DNA of 64,000 nt. Origin: the human T2T-CHM13v2.0 reference genome, Homo sapiens. The notes beneath the pieces are model-generated. The model searched no databases. It was not told the origin of the DNA and saw nothing but the letters and a program-made list of their open reading frames with translations. The stretch lies in the NCBI RefSeq assembly GCF_009914755.1, contig NC_060926.1. The stretch is one strand, 5' to 3'. Below are positions 1 to 10,504 of the stretch, piece by piece; within the stretch, counting starts at the first letter, position 1, and each line of letters opens with the position of its first letter. The position numbers and the translations under genes were made by a program.

Positions 1-645
1 CTGATTGCCAGGGAGAAATTCAAAGTGTTATCTCCTCCACTCTTCCCTGGAGTGCTAATCCAGGTGACAGAATAGCTTAACTGTTGCTTTTACTATATGT
101 TAAGTTAGGAGAAAGCTCAGCAAAAAGAACAGGAGGATTTGGAAGCACAAATTCAGCAGGCAAGGTTGCCTATTGGGTAAATCAAGTCTCTGACAATAGA
201 CCTATTCGTATGGTCACTTTTCAAGGAAAACAATTTGAGGGTCTGGTCAACACAGGAGCAGAGATGTTGATCATAGCTCTTTATCAATGGCTAAAAAACT
301 GGCCCAAACAAAAGGCCCCATGGGTCTTGCTGGGGTCGAAACTGCTGCAGAAGTTTTCCAAAATACTTTTATCTTAGCATGTCTTGGTCCAGAAGAACAG
401 GAAGTCACAATACAACTTCTAATTATGCCCATTTCCGTCAGCTTATAGGGGAGAGATCTGCTTCTGCAATGGAGCACAGAAATTTCAATCCCTTCTCCCC
501 AGTATGGTCAAGCTAGTCAAAAAATAATGTCAAACATGGGCTATGTTCCCAGAAAAGGCCTAGGAAAACAGGAGATGGGCATCATTGAACCTATACAGGT
601 TACTGTAAAAAAAATGACTGAAAAGGATTAGGTTATCATATTTAC
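1..645 (+). pseudogene. pro: Decayed pro: dUTPase C-terminus, aspartic protease, G-patch
   Basis: dUTPase motif RTGGFGSTN; active site reads LVNTGA (DTG changed to NTG); LxGRDLL near 440-465; G-patch-like KIMSNMGYVPRKGLGKQEMGIIEPI at ~520-600; stops and frameshifts. Confidence 0.9.
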
Positions 646-3190
646 GGGTGGTTACTGTTGAGCCTCCAAGTCCTATTCCCTTAAAATGGAAGACCCAAAA
701 TTCTGTTTGGGTCAATCAGTGGCCACTTTCTCAGGAAAAACTGGGGGCCTTACAGGAATTAGTCAAAGAGCAATTAAACAAAGGAAACAGTGAGCCCACA
801 TTTTCTCCATGGAATTTGCCAGTATTTGTAATAAATAAAAAATCAGGCAGATAGCGCATGCTAACCGACTTACGAGTGGTGAATGCAGTCATCCAACCAA
901 TGGGGGTCCTGAAGCCCCAGCTTCCATCCCCCACGATTCCTAGAGACTGGCCATAAATAATTATAGATTTGAAGGATTCCTTTTTTAATATTCCTCTAGC
1001 AGAGTCTGATTTTGAGAAATTTGCTTTTACTATTCTTGCTATGAACAACAAGGAACCAGCAGTCAGATATCATTGGAAAGTCCTGCCTCAGGGTATGTTG
1101 AGTATTTCTACAATTTGTCAAACTTTTGTGGGGAAGACTATTCAACCTGAGAGAGATCAGTTTCCCGATTCGTATATCATCCATTATATGGATGACATAT
1201 TGTGTGCAGCCAAAAATCGAGACCGACTTAGCCAGTGTTATTCATATTTACAGGAGGTGGTAGCCAATGCTGGATTGCTCATAGCACCAGATAAAATTCA
1301 AACAGCCACTCCTTTCCAATATTTGGAAATGCAGGTTCAGGAAAGGGCAATTAAACCCCAAAAGGTTCAAATTCAAAAAGACTCTCTGAAAACTTTAAAT
1401 TATTTTCAAAAATTATTAGGGGATATAAATTGGATTCGACCTACTTTGGGAATCCCTACCTATGCTATGTCAAATCTGTTCTCTATTTTAAGAGGAGACC
1501 CTGCTCTCAATAGTAAACAAGAACTGACTCCTGAGGCTGCCAAAGAATTACAAATGATTGAAGCAAAAACATAACAGGCAAAGGTTAATAGAATAGACTC
1601 CAGTTTACCATTACAGTTCATTGTGTTCCCTACTCTCCATTCTCCTACAGGGGTTATAGTTCAGCATGAGGACTTAGTTGAATGGTCTTTTCTGCCTCAC
1701 AATACTATTAGAACACTCACAGTATACTTGGATCAGATGGCAATCTTGATTGGGCAAGCTCGCCTTAGAGTTGTTAAACTTTGTGGCTCAGATCCAGGTA
1801 AGATTATACTAATGAATAAAAATCAGATTCGGCAAGCCTTTGTTAGTTCAGTCAATTGGCAAATAAATTTAGTTGTCTTCACTGGAGTTTTTGACAATCA
1901 TTATCCAAAAAACAAAATTTTTCAGTTTTTAAAGCTAACTACATGGGTTCTTCCAAAAACTACCCGTAGTGCTCCATTGGAAGAAGCAGTGACTGTGTTT
2001 ACAGATGTCTCTAGCAATAGAAAAGCAGCTTATGTAGGACCTAAAAACAGAATTATTCAAACTGACTTTCGATCGGCACAGAGGGCTGAATTACAGGCAG
2101 TTATAGCTGTGTTAGAAGACTTTAAGCAACCTGTAAATATTGTCCCTGATTCAGCTTATGTTGTTCAAGCCACTCAATACACAGAAACTGTACTCATTAA
2201 ATATCTTGTGGATGAACAACTCTATCAGCTGTTTTCTTCTTTACAAAAGGCAGTGTGTGATCACTGTTTTCCTTTCTATATTACGCACATTTGAGCACGT
2301 ACTAATATTCCTGGGCCCCTTGTAAGGGCTAACGATCAAGCTGATTTACTAGTTTCCACTGTGCTTACTAATGCCCAAGATTTTCACTCCCTAACACATG
2401 TTAATGCAGCAGGACTTAACAAAAATATTAGATTACTTGGAGACAGGCAAAGACATTGTGCAACATTGCCCTCAGTGCCAGGTACTACAACTGCCACATG
2501 AAGGGGCTGGTGTTAACCCATGGGGATTAACCCCGAATATGCTGTGGAAAATGGATGTAACCCATGTACCTTCATTTGGGGAACTTTCATACATCCATGT
2601 TACTATAGATACCTTTTCTCATCTTGTATTGGCAACTTGCCAAACAGGAGAGGCAGCTGCTCATATTAAAAGACATTTACTTTCCTGTTTCGCTGCCATG
2701 GGCATCCTACAAAAGATTAAAACACACAATGGCCCAGGCTACTGTAGTAAATCTTTACAAGCATTCCTTCAACAATGGCACATTGAGCACAGTACTGGAA
2801 TACCCTATAATTCTCAAGGCCAAGCCATTGTTGAACAGGCTAATCAAACCTTAAATTCTCAATGACAAAAACAAAACACAGAGTGGGGAAACAGAATACT
2901 CTACTCCCCATATGCAGCTACAATTGGCTCACATAACTTTAAATTTTTTGAATTTGTCTAGAGATCAGGTTACAACGGAAGCAGAGCAGCATTTGACAGG
3001 GCAAAGAATAAATCCTCATGAAGGAAAACATGTGTGGTGGAAGGACGTCAGAACCAAAACCTAGGAAAAGGCAAAATCATTACATGGGATCAAGGGTTTG
3101 CTTGTATCTCACCAGAAGGTAATCAGCTTCCCGTCTGGGTACCCACAAGACATCTTAAGCTGTGCCATGAGCCAGAATCCAAGGAAGAGG
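646..3190 (+). pseudogene. pol: Decayed pol (RT, RNase H, integrase)
   Basis: [23 protein letters not shown] and YMDD (1185-1196); RNase H FTD, SAQRAEL, DSAY; IN HSLTH...CPQC, WKMDVTH, THNGP (catalytic D changed to H), IVE, WVPTRHLK. Split across ORFs 648-854, 969-1574, 1623-2294, 2398-2865. Confidence 0.95.
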
Positions 3191-5229
3191 TAAAGACCTC
3201 AGAACGTCGCTGCACCCCCAGTTTGTCAGATGGCTCAGATGAACATCTCTGTCGAGTAGATGGAAACGGTAAAACTCCCCATGCAACTCCACTGACCTAG
3301 GGGCAAATGAAGAGACTAGCTCACATTGCAAAAGACAACCTGAGGTCTCAGAACAAGCTGCTGACCACCAGTAATCTAATGGTAGCTATGATGGCAGTAA
3401 CCTCCCTGGCGGTGAGTCTCCCCATAGCTGAGGCAGATCAAAATTACCCTTATTGGGCCTACACTCCATTCCCACCACTGATGAGGCCTGTTACATGGTT
3501 AGACCCCCTGGTGGAGGTTTATGTTAATGATAGTGCCTGGATGCCTGGACCAAGAGATAACTGAGGTCCTACTCATCCAGAGGAGGAAGGAATGTTAACG
3601 AATGTTTCCATTGGTTATCGCTTTCCTCCCATCTGCCTAGGGCCAGATGCAGGATGTTTAAATTGTGATAAACAAAGTTGGATGGTTTATGTCCCTACAC
3701 ATAATGGATCAAAAGCCTCTATTCATGCAGTCAGTGGAAGAACATTTCAATCTTTGGACACTATTAAATACCGTGAGCACAGCTATGTTATGACACATCG
3801 CCAGATTAATAAATTTAAACCTAATAAGAAGCCCTGCCCTAGGCAGGCCATTAAATGATCTGGAAAGCTAGAGGTGCTAACCTGGGAAGATTGTATTGCA
3901 AACAGCGCTGCTGTACTGCAAAATAAATCCTATGGAATCATCATTCATTGGGCCCCTAGGGGACGCTTTGCAGTAAATTGTAGTGGACAGCACAAAGATT
4001 GTAGAGAGACTCCTATTGCAAATGATTACCCAGATAATGCACCAAAATTATATAGAAGAATTGAAACAAATTATCCTGTTAAGTGGGAGGAGAACAATAT
4101 GGCTCCTCCAAGCCCAAAAATGATTGATCCAATTATAAGTCCAGAACATCCAGAATTGTGAAAATTAATGATGGCTCAAACCCCAATTTGGATTTGGAAA
4201 GGAGAATATAAAACAGAGACCCATAGTAAAAAACTTCGATTTGTTGTAGCCATAACCTCTAATCGGATGGCCCCATTGCAGAGTTGTGTTAAACCTCCTT
4301 TTATGCTGGCAGTGGGAAAAATTAGTATCCTATCTGACTCTCAAACCATATCGTGCCTCAACTGTCATCTTTTTACCTACATTAATTCTACCTTTAATAA
4401 AAATAATAGCATTTTACTGGTTAGGGCCCAAGAAGGAGTTTGGATACCTGTTTCCCTCAATAGGCGTTGGGAGGCCTCTCCCTCTATACATATTATCACT
4501 GAAGTACTAAAAGGAATACTTAATAGATCAAAGAGATTCATATTTACTTTAATAGCTGTGATCATGGGCCTTATAGCTGTCATAGCTACTGCTGCTGCTG
4601 CTGTTGTTGCTTTGCACTCGTCTATTCAAACTGCAGGCTTTGTAGATAGTTGGCAGAAAAATTCTTCTAACCTTTGGAATTCCAAAAGCCAAATAGATGA
4701 AAAATTGGCAAATCAAATTAATAATCTCTGTCAAACAGTAATTTGGATGGGGGATCGAATTATGAACTTGGAGCATAGAATTCAAATGCAATGTGATTGG
4801 AATACTTCTGATTTTTGTATTACTCCTAGCTCTTATAATGCCACTGAACACCATTGGGAGATTATTAGACTTCACCTACAAGGAAAAGAAGATAATTTAA
4901 CAGTAGATATTGCTAAACTGAAAAAACGAGGTTTTGAGGCATCTCAGGCTCATCTCACCCTGCTGCCTGGAGCTGATATTCTTGCTGGAGCCACTGATGG
5001 CCTTTCTAATACCAATCCTTTAAAGTGGATAAAAACCATGGGTGGATCAACAATTGCAAATTTTATTTTGGTTTGTGTCTGTTTATGCTGTTTGTTTTTA
5101 GTCTACAGATGCGCATGGCACCTTGGGAGAGAAGCCAGACACCGTGAATGGGCCATGATAGCAATGGCAGTTAATAATAATAAAAAAAAAATTAATAAAG
5201 ATAAAAAGGGGGACATGTGGGAAAGATAA
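3167..5229 (+). pseudogene. env: env with internal stops; C-terminal SU plus whole TM open (4168-5229, 353 aa)
   Basis: ATG 3167; one frameshift at ~3268, then one frame with stops at 3298, 3562, 3856, 4159; YWAYTPFPP, furin site RSKR (4525-4536), fusion peptide [24 protein letters not shown] loop, TM anchor. Confidence 0.93.
5203..5215 (+). other. Polypurine tract
   Basis: aaaaagggggaca directly precedes the LTR-initial TG. Confidence 0.85.
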
Positions 5230-5797
5230 TTTCTGGGGTGCCAGTTGAGTTGGTCTCCCCTGGGTGAGACACCCATGGGAAGCCATGGGCAGCCTCTGAA
5301 AAGTCTCCTGATTGCCTTCATGTCTTTATGTCCCGAGAGCATAACCACTCAACAGCATTCCACAGGTTGCTCAGGGAGATAACACTCCCTTGAAGCAGTG
5401 GAGTATAATCAAACATCTTGGCTCCTCCTGATACCCGCTCCCACCCGTTTCAGTCCTGATAAGTTAAAGATCTTAAGTAGTTTAGACTCACACTTTTGCT
5501 CAAGGAAATTCACAGGAATCGCCACTGTTATACATCTTATCAAATGACTCAGGAGTTCTCCTTCACTGATTAATCCTTTTCCTCATCCCTTCCTCCCCCT
5601 CCCATCTGCCCAAAGAACAAAGATTTTGCAAACCAATAAATTGGGTGGAGCCCAAGAGCTCTGGGCTGTGAGCAAGTCTTCAATGCTCCAGTCCCCTGGA
5701 TCCACCTTTTAAATGTTTATTCTGTCTCTTTCTAACTCCTTTGACTCTGCCAGACTCAGGGTACCCACTGGGTGGAGTGGAGCTGGTTTCCCCAACA
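5216..5797 (+). mobile_element. 3' LTR, LTR14C-like (582 bp)
   Basis: Starts TGTGGGAAAG after the PPT, ends TTTCCCCAACA; AATAAA at 5635-5640; THE1-int resumes immediately. Confidence 0.88.
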
Positions 5798-6690
5798 TTA
5801 TTTATGCAAATTTCTGCAGCTGGCTTGAATTTCTCCTCAGAAAATGGGATTTTCTTTTCTATTGCCTTGTTAGGCTGCAAATTTTTCAAACTTTTATGCT
5901 CTGTTTCCCTTTTGAAACTGAATGCCTTTAAAAGCACCCAAGTCACCTCCTGAATACTTTGCTGCTTAGAAATTTCTTTGACCAGATGTCCTAAATCTCG
6001 TTCAAGTTCAAAGTTCCACAAATCTCTAGGGCTGGGGCAAAATGCTTCCAGGCTCCTTGCTAAAACATAACATGAGTCACCTTTGATCCAGTTCCCAAAA
6101 AGTTCCTTATCTCCATCTGAGACAACCTCAGCATGGATTTCATTGTCCATATCATTATCAGCATTTTGGTCAAAGCCATTCAACAAATCTCTAGGGAGTT
6201 CCAAACTTTCCCACATTTTCCTATCTTCTTTTGAGCCCTCCAAACTGTTCCAACCTCTGCGTGTTGCCCAGTTCCAAAGTCACTTCCACACTTTTCTGTA
6301 TCTTTTCAGCAGTGCCCCACTCTACTGGTACTGATTTACTGTATTAGTTGATTTTCATGCTGCTGGTAAAGACATAACTGAGACTGGGAAATTTACAAAA
6401 AAAAAAAAAAAAAAAATGGTTGAATGGATTTACAGTTCCATGTGGCTTGGGAGGCCTCACAATCATGGTGGAAGTTGAAAGGCAGCAGGCAAAGAGAGCT
6501 TGTGCAAGGAAACTCCCATTTTTCAAACCATCAGATTTCTTGAGGTTTATTCACTATCATGAGAACACCACAGGAAAGACCTGCCCCCATGATTCAATCA
6601 CCTCCCACTGGGTTCCTCCCATGACACATGTGAATTGTGGGAGTTACAATTCAAGATGAGATTTGTGTGGGGACACAGCCAAACCATATA
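5798..6690 (-). mobile_element. THE1 (A/B-like) MaLR: internal region 5798-6339 plus 5' LTR 6340-6690; host of the HERV-K insertion
   Basis: LTR tgtattag...cagccaaaccata; MaLR ORF peptide MWESLELPRDLLNGFDQNADND on the minus strand. Confidence 0.92.
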
Positions 6691-7065
6691 AATGTGGATG
6701 CTGAAAAATTAGATCTTATGGAGGTAGAAAGTTAATTGATGGTTACCAGAGGCTGGGAAAGATACAGGGGAGAGGGTGAGAATTTAGTTAATGGGTACAA
6801 AAATTCAGTTAGATAGGAATAAGAGCTAATATTTGGTAGTCATTAGAGCAACTCTAGTTCCCAATAATCTGTGTAGTTCAAAATTGCTGAAGGAGAGAAA
6901 ATGGAATGTTCTCAGTATAAAAATGGTATGAATGTTTGGGGGTAATGGATGGCTCAATTGCCCTGGTTAGATCTTACACATTATATGCACATGCACAAAA
7001 TACCACATGTACACCAAAAATTTGTACAATTATTATGTATCAATAACCAAAATTAAAATATTTTT
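6691..7065 (+). mobile_element. Old L1M(A) 3' end
   Basis: gatggttaccagaggctggg...ttaatgggtacaaaa...tatgtatcaataa, typical L1MA 3'UTR. Confidence 0.8.
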
Positions 7066-7069
7066 TCAT

Positions 7070-7352
7070 TATAGTAAATACCCAAACCTGCAACATAGTA
7101 GTTTATAATCATTATCAAGTATTATATATTGTGCATAACTATAGGTACTAGATTTTCATAGGACTGGTAGCACAGACTTGTTTATATCAGCATCACCACA
7201 AACCTGTGAGTAATATATTGTTCTACAATATTGCAAGGGCTATGAAATCACGAGGAAATAGGAAATTTTCAGCTCCATTATAATCTTATGGCACTATGCT
7301 CATACATGAAGTTCATCATTGGCTAAAAACATTATAATGTGGCACCTGACCA
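7070..7352 (+). mobile_element. Tigger3/MER7-like DNA transposon fragment
   Basis: cagcatcaccacaaac...ggaaattttcagctccattataatcttatgg resembles the Tigger3 end. Confidence 0.7.
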
Positions 7353-7739
7353 TATATATTTTAATATTTTCACCAGTTATTTTTTGGGGGAGTAGTTCTA
7401 TGGAGCTCCTTACACTGCCATATTCTGGTAGTGAATTTCCAATTAATAGTGAATTGCATTCTCATGCTTGGTTTTATCCTAGTAATGTAATTTTATTAAA
7501 ATTAATACACAAGACCTAAATGTTGAGAAACATAAGAATAATTTTTTCTATACACTTCCAAATTAGTTAACACTATTTATTAAATCTAAAATAAAGTGTC
7601 ACTTTTATCACAGAAGATTTGTCTGACTTTCCAGGATTGTTCAAATTACTATATGTACCTTTAGCGCTTATGACAAGGATAATTTTCAATATTTAGGTCA
7701 TTAATATTTAATGTATCCATCCTCAACTAAATTAAATAT

Positions 7740-7890
7740 TTTATAAAGGTAGGATCTACAGGGTTATGGTTTGCTTGGTTTTCATGTCTTCAGTTATTTT
7801 TATTGTTGCCACCATGTTATCACCAGCACAGAGAACAATGTCTGGTGTCTAAAAAGCTCTTAATATGTATTGAAACAATGAATGAAGAAA
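7740..7890 (+). mobile_element. L2 3' end fragment
   Basis: agcacagagaacaatgtctgg...gctcttaatatgtattgaaacaatgaatgaa. Confidence 0.5.
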
Positions 7891-8496
7891 AGGAATTGAC
7901 CAAGTTTCATATTTGACACAGTTGTTTTGAAGTAGCCCTGTAGAAGTTGACTTAGCCCCACAAACATTTACTGTGAGGCAGTTGTTTCTTTCCATTTTTA
8001 AACCATGTTTAACCAGTCTTAACATCCCAATAGCCAAATCCAACCATGCAGTTATTAAAAGGGTGTGTTTATGAGTCTGAATGAGTGTGAGAGAGACAGA
8101 GTATTGTGTGTGTGTCTGTGTGTGTAATGTTAAAGAAAATGGAAACTTAGCAAGAATTTGGCTTCCTCTAAGACACAAAAACACAAAGTTATTTGAATGA
8201 AGTCAAAACTAGACCCTTTAAAAATGATTAGTATTTTCAAAGAATATAGAGACTTCTTTTCTCTTTGCTCATATCTGTCATCTTCAATTTGGAGTGAGAA
8301 GGATCTGTATTATATGTGTGAAACTGTAAGTGGGAAGGAGGATGAGTGTTATGGCAAGGTTTTCTTAGAATATGCAGTTCTTGGTCTTTGATTCCCATCT
8401 AAAGATTATTGAAATAGTGTATGTGATGTAGTTTCAGATGTGTTGGAAAGAAAAAAAAACATTGAAAAAACATAGTTAAGAACTGTCAAACAGGAT

Positions 8497-8976
8497 TGCT
8501 GAGACCAGCTCGGTGGTGGAGACCCTAACCCAGTGGTGCTAGAGGAATTAAAGACCCACACACAGAATTATAGAGTGTGGAGTGGGAATCAAGGGGCTGA
8601 CAGCCTTCAGAGCTGAGAGCTACAAACGGAGTTTTACCCACATATTTATTGATAGCAAGACAGTGATAAGCATTTTTTCTACAGATTATAGATTAACTAA
8701 AATGGGAAACAAAGGGATGGCCTCTGGCTAGTTATCTGCAGCAGGAACATGTCTTTAAGGCACAGATCGCTCTTGCTATTGTTTGTGGTTCAGGAACGCC
8801 TTAAGCGGTTTTCCACCTTGGGTGGGCCAGGTGATCCTTGCCCTCATTCTGGTAAACCAACAACCTTCAGCATGGGTGTCATAGCCATCATGAGCATGTC
8901 ACAGTGCTGCAGAGCTTTGTTTAATGGCCAGTTTTGGAGCCTGTTTATGGCCAGATTTGGGGGCCCATTTCCAACA
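8497..8976 (-). mobile_element. MER9 solo LTR (HERV-K9/HML-3)
   Basis: Reverse complement starts TGTTGG...CCCCCAAATCTGGCCATAAAC and ends GAGCTGGTCTCAGCA; (ca)ggat on both sides. Confidence 0.9.
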
Positions 8977-10504
8977 GGATAGTGATCATGAGAGGGATTG
9001 TATTCTGTAAAATTTATGTGAGGTATATATGAATGTGAGAGGCTAAGTATATATTATTTGGGTATGCTAATGTTTGTGAACAATTTGCACAATATCCTGA
9101 GTTAGAAAAGAGTTAGTTTTAGTTTTTTATTCATAAAGCCATGCTTGATGTTTGAAATTTATTTCAATCCTTTTTATATGCTCAATATAAATGTTTTAGT
9201 GTTTTCTACACATAGATCCAGTAATTTATTAAACACCATAGTTGTTTGTTTGTTTTCTTTTGATTTCACTTTTTAAAAAAAAATAAATACCTTGCCAAGA
9301 ATGTGCTTATTTAATATTTCTTTCATTCTGTTTTTTTTGCTCTACAATATCCATTGACTGAAACTTTTTGGGGGGTAGGGGGTAGAGAAGAGTGATCTAT
9401 TATTTTATAAGAGGTAGGTTTTATTAATGTAAATTTACAAGCTGTTGTCACTTTGAATAGAACAGAAAATCGATAGAGATGAGAAATGGGGTGCTAGCCT
9501 CTGAATTTCTATGCTGTGATTCTATGTCTCCCCAGTTAAGAAAATCACACTGAGGAAGAGAATAAAAAGTTACAAGCAGGTTGTTATTTCTTTTTCTGAA
9601 TTGAAACCCTTCTTTTTTTCTTTTCATTTTTTAAGAGGGCAATCATTTCTAATTCTTACAAAAGATTCTTTTGTTGGGAAAAAAAGGAACTGATTTTTCT
9701 TTTATTCACAATGAAATGGAGAAGCAAGCAGAATAAAAGCACCATTATAGTAAGTATAATCTTCAATTCTATCAGAGTAATCATAAAAACTAGAATTGTT
9801 ATTAATCAAGGACAAAGTATGTTGAGCTATGTTTCCATGTTAGTTTTAGCATCCTAAACTTAGCTGAAACTCACCAGATTAGACCACAGAAACTTCTTAT
9901 GGAGAAAAACTACACAGTATTGATTATCTCTACCACATGCAGGTTAATTTACCATTTATAGTCAAGAGACAACATCCTCACATTAGTATACAAAAAACCA
10001 TAGTTAAATATCAAGTCTGTCTTGTTAATTTGATAATTTAAACCTGAACATTGATCATTCTCTTCTCTTTTTCAGCCATAATTTAGTGAAACTAACCTCA
10101 GAGAAACATCTTATCACCAATCCTTAACTGCTTTGAAATTTATAGGGATACATTTAGAAATAGCTAACTCTAAAGATTTAATAAATTCCTGAGAATAACA
10201 TAATTACCGTTGGTAAATTTCTTTCCTTTCAAAGCTATGGCACACACTGCAAAGTGCACATGTAAGCCAAATATTTATTAAAATATAAATAATAGTTAAA
10301 TAATTTAGGTTAAATAAACATGCCATGTTTAGTAGTTATCTGTGTTAAAAGTTGCAGTTTATGTGTACTGTTTGCTTATCTCCTAATCAGAATAACCAAG
10401 AGGATTTTTCTAAGTATTTAGACTTTCAAGCTCTACCTGAGGATTGTAATTCAATAAAATGATTACAAACCTTCACATTTACCTTTTCAGGAAGAAATAC
10501 ACAA

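Larger units (their letters stand above)
1..5797 (+). mobile_element. HERV-K (class II) provirus, probably HML-9/HERV-K14C; 5' LTR and gag lie upstream of the window
   Basis: Ordered dUTPase-protease, RT-RNaseH-IN, env, polypurine tract and TG...CA LTR; protein fragments resemble HML-2; LTR matches my recollection of LTR14C. Confidence 0.93.

Noticed and set aside
969-1574. Functional reverse transcriptase
   Set aside because: YMDD is intact, but the N-terminal RT is cut off by stops and a frameshift, and protease and integrase catalytic Asp residues are mutated.
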